NCBI GenBank assembly: GCA_934096705.1
Contig: CAKOMR010000006.1
Location: 2,398 to 66,397, forward strand
Source: an uncultured Bacilli bacterium
GTDB lineage: Bacteria > Bacillota_I > Bacilli_A > RF39 > UBA660
DNA length: 64,000 bases
Reading direction: 5' to 3'
Below, in pieces: positions 26,760 to 37,106 of the stretch. Under the pieces are notes generated by a model. That model worked only from the letters and a program-made list of their open reading frames with translations, ran no database searches and was not told the origin of the DNA. The position numbers and the translations under genes were made by a program. Each line of letters starts with the position of its first letter. The first letter of the stretch is position 1.

Positions 26760-27857
26760 CTACTTTAAAGAAAAACTATTATTAATAATAACTGTACTAT
26801 AAATAAACATAACATCTGCATCTTCTTTAACAGAAAATTCATTAATTTTTTCTAGATATTTACTACTAACATATCTTAAATCAACCATTACTATTTTAGA
26901 ATAACTTTCAATTAATAAAGGTGTTAATGAACTAGCAAAAGAATCTCTAAACATTACAAGTTCTTTTCCTGAATCATTAAATTCATTTTCAATAATTAAA
27001 AGTGGTGTTGCTCCTGATAAAAATACATCATAACTATCAACATTTTTTAAGTAATCTTCCATATATACTTTTTCTACTCTATTTTTTTCATAATTATAAA
27101 CGCTAGCATTATTAATAACATCATTTGTTAAATATTCAATTTCATCTGCTTTAATATTGCTAGCAACCTTTCCATAAAGTGCACCATAAAATGGATAATA
27201 TTTTTTTAAAGTATAATTAGTATTACTACTTTCAAAATTCATATTATTAGATAAAGTTTTTACTACATCACTTAGTTTATTTTCTTTAAAATGAATATCA
27301 GTTCTATAATATGAATCTAAAGTTAAAGATTTTGTTATGTCAATCCATTTAACATCATTAGGTAGCCCATTTTTTAGACTATCTATAATAGTATTATACC
27401 CTATTTTAGGAATATTTTCATCATCTAAATAATAATTTTTATCTGGAATCATTACAAAATATTTGTTTTGATTATCTAAATAAGTATTATCAATATATTT
27501 TATTTTATTTAATAAATTATCGATTGACTTTTTATTTACATTTGTATCCATTTGAAATAAATAATTGTCTTTTTCATATATACCATTATTTTCTTTCATA
27601 ACAAATATTTTGCTTGTTGTAATTCCTTTCAAAGACTTAAAATTATCTCTAAAAATAAATTGATCATTAAAATAATTTGTTAAATTTTCAAAATAATTAT
27701 CACTACCAGAGAAAATACTTTTTAAATTTAATGAAGGCATTTTTGTTAAAGTTCTTCTTTCTTTATATGAAATATCATTATCTTTAGCTATAATACTTCC
27801 TAAGCCAAAAACTAGCAACGTTGATACAAATAAAATTGATACTATTTTTTCTTTCAT
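26760..27857 (-). CDS. DHHW-family / AlgX-AlgJ-like extracytoplasmic O-acyltransferase partner
   Basis: N-terminal TM anchor, a Y-Y-R-T-D-I-H-F motif at the DHHW position, and a location immediately downstream of the MBOAT gene. Confidence 0.55.
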   Translation of the reverse strand: MKEKIVSILFVSTLLVFGLGSIIAKDNDISYKERRTLTKMPSLNLKSIFSGSDNYFENLTNYFNDQFIFRDNFKSLKGITTSKIFVMKENNGIYEKDNYLFQMDTNVNKKSIDNLLNKIKYIDNTYLDNQNKYFVMIPDKNYYLDDENIPKIGYNTIIDSLKNGLPNDVKWIDITKSLTLDSYYRTDIHFKENKLSDVVKTLSNNMNFESSNTNYTLKKYYPFYGALYGKVASNIKADEIEYLTNDVINNASVYNYEKNRVEKVYMEDYLKNVDSYDVFLSGATPLLIIENEFNDSGKELVMFRDSFASSLTPLLIESYSKIVMVDLRYVSSKYLEKINEFSVKEDADVMFIYSTVIINNSFSLK

Positions 27858-27866
27858 GTTGACCTC

Positions 27867-29252
27867 TTAAAATCTAAAATATAAAAATGGACTCGATGAT
27901 GCATCAATAATAAATGATGTACAAATAATAAGAAGCACTATAAATGAAATAGGTTCTAATATATTTATAATCACATTCCACTTTTTGTTTTTTCTTAATT
28001 TTAAAATTAAATTTTTTATAAGTGGCGTACAGCATATAAAAGAAATAATTAATAAAATTAAATAATTTTTCAAATAATAAATAGTTTCTATGTTTACTAA
28101 AGAAGCATTTTTACCAAACATTAAGCCAAGTAATTTTGTTATATCAGAAATATTATATTGATAAAACATAACAAATCCTATAATAACCAAAATATTGGTC
28201 CAAATATTTCCTAGTATTTTATGTTTTTGAAAAAATTTATAAAATAATTTTTTTTCTATGACTAAAAATAAGCCAAAATATAACCCCCACGAAATAAAAT
28301 TCCAACTGGCTCCATGCCAAAGTCCTGTAACAAACCAAACAATAAAAATATTTAAATATTTTCTAAATTTGTTAACCCTACTTCCTCCTAAAGGAATATA
28401 AATATAATCTTTGAAGAAACTTGATAATGAGATATGCCATCTACGCCAAAAGTCTGTAAGTGAGCTTGCGCAAAATGGATAATTAAAGTTTTCCAAAAAG
28501 TGAAAGCCTAACATTAATCCAAGGCCAATTGCCATATCACTGTAGCCTGAAAAATCTAAATATAATCTAGTGATATCACAAATTGCTTTTAACCAAGCAG
28601 AAAGTATAGTTTGATTTTCAATTAAACTTAAACTACTTATAAATTTTCCTAAAGTATCTGCTAAAATAACTTTTTTAGAAAGGCCAATTACAAACCTAGA
28701 AACTCCTTTAGAAAATAAATTAAATGAACTACTTCTTTTTTCTAACTCTTCAGAAACTGTTTCATACCTAACGATAGGCCCTTGCACTAAACTTGGAAAC
28801 ATTACTAAATAAGTTAAATAATAAAATAAATTTTTAGCCTTTTGAATTTTACCATTATAAATATCAGCGATATAACTTATATTTTTAAAAGTAAAAAAAC
28901 TTATCCCTAAAGGAATTATAATATTTAAAAAACTTATATTAAAGCCAAATATATTATTAAAATTTTGGATAAAAAAATCATAATATTTAAAATAAAATAA
29001 TACGAAGATATTTATGAAAATACCGATAGTTAAAATAAACTTATTTTTACTTTTTGATAACTTATTTCCTATTAAATAATTTATTAGTCCCATTAAAATA
29101 ATTATATAAAAATATCTTTGCTCTCCGTAAAAATAAAATAATAAACTACCAATTAATAAAGTAATATTTCTATATTTTACAGGAGTTAAGAAATATAAAA
29201 CCAAAAATACTGGCAAAAAATAATATAAAAATGAAATGCTTGAAAATACCAT
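27867..29252 (-). CDS. MBOAT-family membrane O-acyltransferase (AlgI/DltB/PatA-like)
   Basis: Polytopic protein with FWRRWHISLSSFFKDYIYIPLGGSR and LWHGASW, which are the MBOAT catalytic His motifs. Confidence 0.85.
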   Translation of the reverse strand: MVFSSISFLYYFLPVFLVLYFLTPVKYRNITLLIGSLLFYFYGEQRYFYIIILMGLINYLIGNKLSKSKNKFILTIGIFINIFVLFYFKYYDFFIQNFNNIFGFNISFLNIIIPLGISFFTFKNISYIADIYNGKIQKAKNLFYYLTYLVMFPSLVQGPIVRYETVSEELEKRSSSFNLFSKGVSRFVIGLSKKVILADTLGKFISSLSLIENQTILSAWLKAICDITRLYLDFSGYSDMAIGLGLMLGFHFLENFNYPFCASSLTDFWRRWHISLSSFFKDYIYIPLGGSRVNKFRKYLNIFIVWFVTGLWHGASWNFISWGLYFGLFLVIEKKLFYKFFQKHKILGNIWTNILVIIGFVMFYQYNISDITKLLGLMFGKNASLVNIETIYYLKNYLILLIISFICCTPLIKNLILKLRKNKKWNVIINILEPISFIVLLIICTSFIIDASSSPFLYFRF

Positions 29253-29306
29253 TATGATCCTTCCTACTCCCTTTTCTATTCTAAAATAATTTTACTAAAT
29301 TTTACT

Positions 29307-29897
29307 TTAATTTACAATATAATAAGGCCATTTATAAGTAAATTTATTTTCTTTTATACCATAAATAAATAATTCTTGTTTATTAGAAAAAATATAATCT
29401 ATAGTTTTCTGATTTAAAAGTGTATTTAATATGCAAATAAAATCGTATTTAAAATGTGATTTATTTGTATTTAGTACATAATTAAGAACACCGACTTTAT
29501 AAGTTTTGCCAGTTACATTAAGTTTATCAATTATACTATCATGAAATGACATAACATAAATATTTTTATTTTTATATTTAAATAATAAACCTTTAAGCTT
29601 TTCTATATTAATAAAAGGATCTTTTATTTCTAGCAAAATTATTTTATCTGTTTTTATTTTTAAAACATTTTCTAAAAGTAAAGCATTATCAATATTTTTA
29701 TAAAGTAAATTTCTTAGTATCTTTCCTTTATATAAAATATCATGATAAATAATTAATTTTTCATCTTTAGTTTGTCTTACATCACATTCAAATCCTTCAT
29801 AATTATTATTTATAGCATTAAAAAAAGAAAAAAGTGTGTTTTCTTCATTTTTATTAAAATGCATTCCCCTATGTGCAATTAATTTAAATTCATTCAT
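29307..29897 (-). CDS. Glycerophosphodiester phosphodiesterase (GDPD family)
   Basis: LIAHRGMHFNKNEENTLFSFFNAI...GFECDVRQTKDEKLIIYHD is the GDPD catalytic signature (HR...EN...E-D...HD). Confidence 0.8.
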   Translation of the reverse strand: MNEFKLIAHRGMHFNKNEENTLFSFFNAINNNYEGFECDVRQTKDEKLIIYHDILYKGKILRNLLYKNIDNALLLENVLKIKTDKIILLEIKDPFINIEKLKGLLFKYKNKNIYVMSFHDSIIDKLNVTGKTYKVGVLNYVLNTNKSHFKYDFICILNTLLNQKTIDYIFSNKQELFIYGIKENKFTYKWPYYIVN

Positions 29898-30286
29898 ACT
29901 TTTTTCTTATGAAAAATAACATAAAATAATGTCAAAATTGATAAAAAACATATTACTCCAATTAAAGGAGTAAATATTTCTTTATTATTATTTACTTTAA
30001 TTTCAACTTTATCATTTGTTTCACTAAACACGCTTTCACTTTTCTTTTCTTTATTAACAATTAATGTATAAGTAATAAGTTCTTTGTCATATACCTCAAT
30101 TAGAACGTGATTTTCACCTTCTGTAAGAAAATTATTTCCATATACAGTAACATTACACGTATCACATGTATCATAATTAAAGATTAAAGTTAAAGCACTT
30201 GAATCTACATTTACTTCATAATTAAATACTTCACTACTAAACTGCGGAGTTATTTCTCCATTTAATATTTCTAGATTATAAAGCAT
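29894..30286 (-). CDS. Cadherin-like beta-sandwich domain protein with C-terminal TM anchor
   Basis: LEILNGEITPQFSSEVFNYEVNVDS...VTVYGNNFLTEGENHVLIEVYD..ITYTLIVNK fits the cadherin-like (L-x-P-x-F...Y-x-V) domain. C-terminal TM LIGVICFLSILTLFYVIF. Confidence 0.5.
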   Translation of the reverse strand: MLYNLEILNGEITPQFSSEVFNYEVNVDSSALTLIFNYDTCDTCNVTVYGNNFLTEGENHVLIEVYDKELITYTLIVNKEKKSESVFSETNDKVEIKVNNNKEIFTPLIGVICFLSILTLFYVIFHKKKV

Positions 30287-30304
30287 TTATTATAATTTCT
30301 CCTT

Positions 30305-31390
30305 TTAAATAAATTCTATTAAAATTTCATTTTCAACATATAAATATTTTTTATTAATACTCAAATAACCATTTTTTAAAACTAATTTTTTATTTTTTAA
30401 TAATTTTAAAATTTTTTCATTTCCTAATAAATCAACATCATATTTAGAGAAAAAATCTTTTACATTAATTCCTTTTATTAATCTAAATCCTAAAATTAGT
30501 CCATAGGAAATATTATCTTTCTTAGTAATACTTTCTTTATCACTAAGAAATTTACCACTTATATAGCTTTTTAAATTTTTTGTATTATTATATCTAAAAT
30601 CTTGAATATATCCCGATGCACCTAAACCAAAACCATAATATTTTTCATTGTGCCAATAAACTAAATTATGTTTTGACTCATAGTTTGGTTTTGAAAAATT
30701 GCTAATTTCATAATGGTTAAAACCATTATTTTTTAAGGTTTTACAAATAACATCATACATTTTTCTATCTAACTTTTCATTTATTGGTTTTATATTCTTA
30801 ATACTTAATAATGTATTTGGCTCTATCATTAAACTATATGTACTTACATGATTTACATCAAGTGATATAATCTTTTCTAAATCAGATTTTAAAGTATTTA
30901 AATTTTCGCTTGGAAGTGCATAAATCAAATCAACATTTATGTTATTAAAACCATATTTTTTACATAAAGATATTTTTTCTTTAGCATCCTCATATGTAGA
31001 TTTTCTATTTAAAAACTTTAGATTTTCTTCATCAAATGACTCTATACCAATACTTAATCTATTTATTCTTGATTTTTTTATTGCTTTTAAAAATTCTTCA
31101 TTAATATCTGATATGTTACATTCAAAAGTAAATTCATAATTACTAGAAAGATTAAAAACTTTTAAGATATCTAATAATTTAGTTAATAACTTTGTATTTA
31201 AACATGAAGGTGTACCTCCACCTACATAAAGAGTATCTAAGACTTCATTTTTATAATTAGTTTTTATTTCTTTTGTAAGTGCTAACAAATAATCATTTAT
31301 AAAATTTTCATGATAAAGCATTTTACAAAAATCACAATAAGAACAAATACTTTTACAAAATGGTATATGCACATAGGCACTTTTTATCAT
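30305..31390 (-). CDS. hemW: Radical SAM heme chaperone HemW (HemN-like, oxygen-independent coproporphyrinogen oxidase family)
   Basis: YVHIPFCKSICSYCDF (CxxxCxxC), GGGTPS, and a position downstream of lepA as in Bacillus. Confidence 0.9.
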   Translation of the reverse strand: MIKSAYVHIPFCKSICSYCDFCKMLYHENFINDYLLALTKEIKTNYKNEVLDTLYVGGGTPSCLNTKLLTKLLDILKVFNLSSNYEFTFECNISDINEEFLKAIKKSRINRLSIGIESFDEENLKFLNRKSTYEDAKEKISLCKKYGFNNINVDLIYALPSENLNTLKSDLEKIISLDVNHVSTYSLMIEPNTLLSIKNIKPINEKLDRKMYDVICKTLKNNGFNHYEISNFSKPNYESKHNLVYWHNEKYYGFGLGASGYIQDFRYNNTKNLKSYISGKFLSDKESITKKDNISYGLILGFRLIKGINVKDFFSKYDVDLLGNEKILKLLKNKKLVLKNGYLSINKKYLYVENEILIEFI

Positions 31391-31668
31391 CTTTTTTTAC
31401 TTCCTATAAACTTTCCATCTTCCTCTTTAAGTGAGATGTTTTGTTTTGCAAAAATTTGTCCTCCTTTAATTTTAGCATTATATAAATTTTCTCTTCGCTT
31501 TTGAGCAATTACATTAAATACATCATGACCTAATACTTCCATTGCAAGTGGACTTGTAAGATATCTACCTACACTCGAAGAGCTAATTCCTGTAATATTT
31601 GAAAGTTCTATATCAGAGTAATTACTCTCTAAAAAAAGTTTACTCAATAATAAAATTTTAACTTTCAT
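31387..31668 (-). CDS. SpoIIID-like small HTH DNA-binding protein (tentative)
   Basis: KILLLSKLFLESNYSDIELSNITGISSSSVGRYLT...KIKGGQIFAK parallels SpoIIID IGKYIVETKKTVRVIAKEFGVSKSTVHKDLT...LRGGEATK (recalled). About 93 aa, with a 4-nt overlap onto hemW. Confidence 0.45.
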   Translation of the reverse strand: MKVKILLLSKLFLESNYSDIELSNITGISSSSVGRYLTSPLAMEVLGHDVFNVIAQKRRENLYNAKIKGGQIFAKQNISLKEEDGKFIGSKKR

Positions 31669-31709
31669 TTCTTCTTCTTGACTTTTACTTCTCATTATTA
31701 CTACCTTTC

Positions 31710-33503
31710 CTATTCCTCATCACTTAAAATACTTAAAAATGCCTCTTTAGGGACCTCTACCGAACCTATCATTTTCATTTTTTTCTTACCTTCTTTTTGT
31801 TTTTCTAATAATTTTCTTTTTCTGGATACATCGCCACCATAGCATTTTGCTAGCACATTTTTTTTCATCGCACTAACATTTTCTCTAGCAATTACTTTTG
31901 AACCAATACTTGCTTGAATAGGTACCTCAAACATTTGTCTTGGAATTGTTTTTCTAAGTTTGGTAACAATATATCTGCCTTTACTATAAGCAAAATCTTC
32001 ATGGACAATAACTGATAATGCATCAACAATTTGACCATTTAGTAAAATGTCCATTTTAACAAGTTTACTTTCCCTATAATCACTCATTTCATAATCAAAT
32101 GAAGCATAACCTTTAGTCGTACTTTTTAATTTATCATAAAAATCATAAATAATTTCTCCTAAAGGAATATAATAATGAATATTTACTCTAGTTTCATCTA
32201 GATACTCAGTTACATCATAAATGCCTCTTTTATTTTGACATAATGTCATAATTGGCCCAATAAATTCAGTTGGCGTTATGATATTTGTATAAATATATGG
32301 TTCTTTAATATAAGCAATTTTCACTTTTTCAGGCATTTCATTTGGACTAGATACTTCAATTTCATCACCAGATGTAAGCCCTACTTTATAAACAACTGAT
32401 GGACTTGTAGCAATAGTTTCTAAATTAAATTCTCTTTCAAGTCTTGTAAGAACTATATCCATGTGAAGAAGTCCTAAAAAACCTGTTCTAAAACCAAATC
32501 CTAAAGCTATTGAGTTTTCTGGACTAATTGTTAAAGATGCATCATTTAATTTTAATTTTTCTAAAGCATCTTTTAATTCATCATATTTATTTGCCTCCGT
32601 AGGAAATATACCAGAGAAAACCATAGGCTTCATTTTTTTATATCCATGTAAAGGTTCTAAAGCTGGATTGCCTTCATGGGTAATAGTATCACCAACTGCC
32701 ACTTTTGATATATCTTTTATAGCGGCTGCTACATAACCAACCATACCACTTGAAAGTTTATCTAATGGCTTATTTACGATTTTATTAACTCCTACTTCAG
32801 TAACTTCAAATACTGAATCCATTTGCATCATTTTAATTTTATCTTTTACTTTAATGCTGCCTTCCATAACCTTTACAAGAAGAACTACACCCCTGTAAGA
32901 ATCAAAATGACTATCAAAAATTAAAGCACGTAATTTATCATTTTCCTTAATTACTGGTGGTTGTACTCTTTCAATAACAGCATCTAAAATTTCTTTAACA
33001 CCTAAACCAGTTTTAGCACTACAAAGAAGTATTTCATCTTCTTTAAATCCTAAGGTTTTAACTAACTCATTTTTTACTTTTTCAGTATTAGCATTTGGTA
33101 AATCAATTTTGTTAATAACAGGAATAATTGTTAAGTCATTTTCCATTGCTAAATAAAGATTTGCTAAAGTTTGAGCTTCAATTCCTTGAGAAGCATCAAC
33201 TACTAAAATTGCCCCTTCACAAGCTGCCAAGCTTCGAGAAACTTCATATGAAAAGTCTACATGACCTGGAGTATCAAGCAAGTTCAAAGTATATTTCTCA
33301 CCTTTGTATTCATAATCTAAACATACGGCATTTAACTTAATTGTTATGCCTCTTTCTTTTTCAAGGTCCATATTGTCTAAAATTTGAGTTTCATTATTAC
33401 GACTTTCATATGTTTTTGTTAGTTCCAAAAAACGATCTGCTAAAGTACTTTTACCATGATCTATATGAGCAATAATTGAAAAGTTTCTAATATTTGATTT
33501 CAT
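31710..33503 (-). CDS. lepA: Elongation factor 4 (LepA)
   Basis: [33 protein letters not shown] and the LepA-specific C-terminal domain. Start set at MKSNIRNF. Confidence 0.95.
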   Translation of the reverse strand: MKSNIRNFSIIAHIDHGKSTLADRFLELTKTYESRNNETQILDNMDLEKERGITIKLNAVCLDYEYKGEKYTLNLLDTPGHVDFSYEVSRSLAACEGAILVVDASQGIEAQTLANLYLAMENDLTIIPVINKIDLPNANTEKVKNELVKTLGFKEDEILLCSAKTGLGVKEILDAVIERVQPPVIKENDKLRALIFDSHFDSYRGVVLLVKVMEGSIKVKDKIKMMQMDSVFEVTEVGVNKIVNKPLDKLSSGMVGYVAAAIKDISKVAVGDTITHEGNPALEPLHGYKKMKPMVFSGIFPTEANKYDELKDALEKLKLNDASLTISPENSIALGFGFRTGFLGLLHMDIVLTRLEREFNLETIATSPSVVYKVGLTSGDEIEVSSPNEMPEKVKIAYIKEPYIYTNIITPTEFIGPIMTLCQNKRGIYDVTEYLDETRVNIHYYIPLGEIIYDFYDKLKSTTKGYASFDYEMSDYRESKLVKMDILLNGQIVDALSVIVHEDFAYSKGRYIVTKLRKTIPRQMFEVPIQASIGSKVIARENVSAMKKNVLAKCYGGDVSRKRKLLEKQKEGKKKMKMIGSVEVPKEAFLSILSDEE

Positions 33504-33534
33504 TTTCTTCCACCAAATATTATTATACAAAAAG

Positions 33535-33861
33535 TTAAGAAATAAATAAAGTCTTAATAAAATCCCATATATTTTTGGATTTCGAATTCACTAAAATTCC
33601 AATTTTATTTGAAACTTTATTCGCAGATTTAGTTAGCACGTTGGAGTAATCTTTTTCTTCAGGTAAATATGAAATAACATCAATAGGTTTACCTGACCTT
33701 AAATCATTTTCAAAATCATTAATTTTAGTTTCTGTAAGTAAAGTTTTTTCTCTAATATTTTTATCATAATAGCCAGTTTCTTTAGCTATAAATAACCCTA
33801 AATAAATTAAAAATAAAAGTGATAATATTTTAAAAAATGGATTTTTTTTATCATTTGTCAT
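33535..33861 (-). CDS. YqxA-like small membrane protein (DUF3679-like, by synteny)
   Basis: 108 aa with one N-terminal TM, located between spoIIP and lepA exactly as B. subtilis yqxA. Confidence 0.4.
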   Translation of the reverse strand: MTNDKKNPFFKILSLLFLIYLGLFIAKETGYYDKNIREKTLLTETKINDFENDLRSGKPIDVISYLPEEKDYSNVLTKSANKVSNKIGILVNSKSKNIWDFIKTLFIS

Positions 33862-34709
33862 GAATCCTCCATAATATATTCATATAAAACTTTCGCTAAA
33901 ACTTTTAAGGTATTATCTACCTGTTTAATATCATTATATTGTCCTCCGACTTCAATTAGAATTGTATTTTTATCAAAATCTTGATTATATACACCATTTG
34001 AATAAGGACCTTCTTTTTCCATTATTCCTCTTGATAAACAACTGTTATATGAAATAATTTTGTTATTTAATGAATTAATCATTTTTTTATTTTTTTCATA
34101 ATTTGGATTTTCTAAACCTAAAACAAATAATACTTTTGCATATGAATCATCATTAATTAAACATGTAGTTCTTTCGTATGATGAAGAATCTCTATGTAAA
34201 TCAATAAAATACTTTAAAGTGGGATTACTTTTTTTAGCATTTTCCATAAGTATTCTACTTGCTACATAACTATCCTTATATACAAGATTATTTTCATTTA
34301 AAACTTTACTAATTAAATTTTCTTCTACATAAGCATTAATATTATATTCATTTAAATAATCTTTTAATATTTGACTACCAAACATTACGGTATAATCTAA
34401 ATTATAATTATTAACTTTACTATATTTATATTTCTCTGATTGATGAGTATTGTAAATGTATACTGTAGGATCCCTTTCACTTTTAAATATAGGAGTTGTA
34501 TTTTCAATAACTTCATTATTTACCTGCTCAACTTTTTTAGATATTTTGCCTAAATAATTATACGTTAAATACACTAGTTTTTCTTCATTTAATTTATAAT
34601 TTTTTTTAATAACCTTGACAATTATTAAAGCAGATATTATTTCTAGTAAAAAAATTATTATCTTTCTTTGAATCTTTCTTTTTTTACTCATACTTTTAAA
34701 ATGACCCAT
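33858..34709 (-). CDS. spoIIP: Stage II sporulation protein P (engulfment amidase/endopeptidase)
   Basis: N-terminal TM, VYIYNTHQSEKY, FIDLHRDS and TILIEVGGQYN are SpoIIP motifs. Synteny with lepA. Confidence 0.8.
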   Translation of the reverse strand: MGHFKSMSKKRKIQRKIIIFLLEIISALIIVKVIKKNYKLNEEKLVYLTYNYLGKISKKVEQVNNEVIENTTPIFKSERDPTVYIYNTHQSEKYKYSKVNNYNLDYTVMFGSQILKDYLNEYNINAYVEENLISKVLNENNLVYKDSYVASRILMENAKKSNPTLKYFIDLHRDSSSYERTTCLINDDSYAKVLFVLGLENPNYEKNKKMINSLNNKIISYNSCLSRGIMEKEGPYSNGVYNQDFDKNTILIEVGGQYNDIKQVDNTLKVLAKVLYEYIMEDS

Positions 34710-34874
34710 TTTTATCACCATCATAAAAGTAACAAATAAATATTAATTTTTTTGTCGAAAAAAATATCTTTCAATAAGATTTTTCATGTTTTTAATTACC
34801 ATGCCTTGAAAATACTTGCTAAACTAGAAAAGTTTTGATAAAATAGTTACGTACTAAAAAGGAAGGAAGAAAAG

Positions 34875-35138
34875 ATGGCAAATATTAAAAGTTCAAAAAA
34901 AGCAATTAAAGTTATCGCTAAGAAAACTGATAATAATCATGAAGCTAAAGCACAAGTTAAGAACTTAATTAAAGATATAGAAAAATTAATTGCAGCTAAC
35001 GATAAAGAAAAAGCTTCTGAGTTATTTAAAAAATTTCAAAAAGAATGCGATGGAGCTTTAAGTAAAGGATTAATTAAATCTAATACAGCTGATAGACAAA
35101 AATCAAGATTATCACAAAAAATTAAAAACATGAAGTAG
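34875..35138 (+). CDS. rpsT: 30S ribosomal protein S20
   Basis: MANIKSSKKAIKV...N...K basic 87-aa protein with RBS GGAAGGAAG. Confidence 0.95.
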   Translation: MANIKSSKKAIKVIAKKTDNNHEAKAQVKNLIKDIEKLIAANDKEKASELFKKFQKECDGALSKGLIKSNTADRQKSRLSQKIKNMK

Positions 35139-35161
35139 TTATTAAAAAACTACTTTTTTTA
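35133..35161 (+). terminator. Rho-independent terminator of rpsT
   Basis: Stem AAGTAGTT/AACTACTT (35133-35140 / 35148-35155) followed by T7. Confidence 0.7.
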
Positions 35162-35188
35162 TTACCCATTTTTTAGTACAATATAAAT

Positions 35189-36169
35189 ATGAAAAAATTT
35201 ATTATAACTATTATATGTGTTATCTTGTTACTTGTTATTTCATATAAATCTGATTTTATAAGTAACCTTATTGCAAATAAAATTACTGAAACACCAAAAC
35301 TTCTTATTAAAGAAAAAAATGAATATACAAAAACTGATAACTTTTTATTTGTGCATAATGTAAATGAATTTGTACCATATTCTTATAACGATTTACTAAA
35401 CATTATTTATACTACTATTAATAATGGCTGGGATAATTTTACTTTTTATTGTCCTAATGAATATACCGATTGTATAAAGGATATAGAGCAAATAAGCAAA
35501 GATGATATTACTTTAACTCATGTTAATAACTATGTTCATCCTTATAATAGTTTCACCAATATGAAAACAAGCATGCTTGAATCTGGAGAAATTACCATTG
35601 AAATAAATTATCTTTATACAAAAAAGCAAATTGAAAAAATTGATAATGAAGTTAATAAAATTATAAATGAAAAAATAACTAACGAAATGAGTGAATACGA
35701 AAAAATTAAGACAATCCATGATTATATTATTGATACTACTAAATATGATGTAGAAAGAAACAAAAATGGTGACAGTAAATATTTATCTTATATTGCTTAT
35801 GGTCCATTATTTGATCATATGGCAACATGTAATGGTTACACGGATTTAATGGCAATATTTTTAACAAAATTTAATATTAAAAATTATAAAATTGCTACGA
35901 CTAAAGAAAGTGTTGGTTATAAATCAAATGGCCATATTTGGAATGCAGTTTATTTAAATAATCAGTGGCTTCATTTAGATTTAACATGGGATGACCCAGT
36001 AAGTGACGATGGCAAAGACTATTTATATCATAAATATTTTTTAGTGGATACTACTGCCTTGATGGCTGTGGATTCTGGAAAAGTCGAAATCGAAGAACAT
36101 AATTTTGATAAAAATTATTACTTAGAATTTAATGAAAAAATTAATAATTTAAAAGTTTTTGGTTCATAA
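35189..36169 (+). CDS. Membrane-anchored transglutaminase-like (papain-fold Cys-His-Asp) protein
   Basis: N-terminal TM plus catalytic-triad context ATCNGYTDLMAIFL, NGHIWNAVYL and WLHLDLTWDDP. Confidence 0.75.
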   Translation: MKKFIITIICVILLLVISYKSDFISNLIANKITETPKLLIKEKNEYTKTDNFLFVHNVNEFVPYSYNDLLNIIYTTINNGWDNFTFYCPNEYTDCIKDIEQISKDDITLTHVNNYVHPYNSFTNMKTSMLESGEITIEINYLYTKKQIEKIDNEVNKIINEKITNEMSEYEKIKTIHDYIIDTTKYDVERNKNGDSKYLSYIAYGPLFDHMATCNGYTDLMAIFLTKFNIKNYKIATTKESVGYKSNGHIWNAVYLNNQWLHLDLTWDDPVSDDGKDYLYHKYFLVDTTALMAVDSGKVEIEEHNFDKNYYLEFNEKINNLKVFGS

Positions 36170-36180
36170 AAAAATGGCAA

Positions 36181-37041
36181 TTAATTTGCCTTTTTATTTG
36201 ATTCAATATATTCTACTACATTTTCATATGTATTATTAAAGTTATCAAAATCCACATCAAACCATTTTACATCAAGTTGATTATTAAACCACGTATATTG
36301 CCTTTTTACATAATGTCTAGTGTTTTTTTTAATAAGTTCTATAGCATCATTGTAAGAAGAATCACCTTCTAAATAACTTATTAATTCTTTATAACCTATA
36401 GCTCTTTTTAAAATATTTGAATCTGGATATTTTTCTTTTAATGTTTTAACTTCATTAATTAAACCATTATTAATCATTATATCTACCCTTTTATTACATA
36501 TGTCATATATTTTGTTTCTTTCTGCAGTAAGACCCACAAAAATCACATCATATAACCGAATATTCTTATTTTTTTCTTCCTTTGTTCGATTTAAAAAATT
36601 TACAAGTCTTACTCTATTATTTTTGTGTAAATTACAATTTGAGTTTTTTTTAATAGCAAGAGTATATAGCTCATCATTACTTAAATTATCAAAACTATTT
36701 TTTTTCATCTCATCAAATACATAATCAAAAAATAATGCTTTAATATATAACCCAGTTCCACCAACAACAACAATATTTTTACTTTTATTATCATTTAATA
36801 CTTTTCTTGCATCATTTTGATATTCCATAACACTATAATCTTCATTAGGCTTTTTGATATCAAATAAGTAATGTTTTCGATTTCCCATTTCATCTTTAGT
36901 TATTTTTGCACTACCAATATTAAGTTCTTGATAAATTTGAGTTGCATCTGCATTTAAAATAATTGCTCTATATTTTTCTGCAATTAGTTCGCTTAATTTA
37001 GTCTTCCCTATCCCTGTAGGACCACATACACATATAATCAT
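36181..37041 (-). CDS. miaA: tRNA dimethylallyltransferase
   Basis: IICVCGPTGIGKTKLS, DATQIYQELNIGSAK, GGTGLYIKALF and RHYVKRQYTWF. Confidence 0.9.
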   Translation of the reverse strand: MIICVCGPTGIGKTKLSELIAEKYRAIILNADATQIYQELNIGSAKITKDEMGNRKHYLFDIKKPNEDYSVMEYQNDARKVLNDNKSKNIVVVGGTGLYIKALFFDYVFDEMKKNSFDNLSNDELYTLAIKKNSNCNLHKNNRVRLVNFLNRTKEEKNKNIRLYDVIFVGLTAERNKIYDICNKRVDIMINNGLINEVKTLKEKYPDSNILKRAIGYKELISYLEGDSSYNDAIELIKKNTRHYVKRQYTWFNNQLDVKWFDVDFDNFNNTYENVVEYIESNKKAN

Positions 37042-37106
37042 ATTATCCCTCAATTGGTATTATAATATAAATTGACAAATAAAGAAATATTTTATATATT
37101 AGTTGC

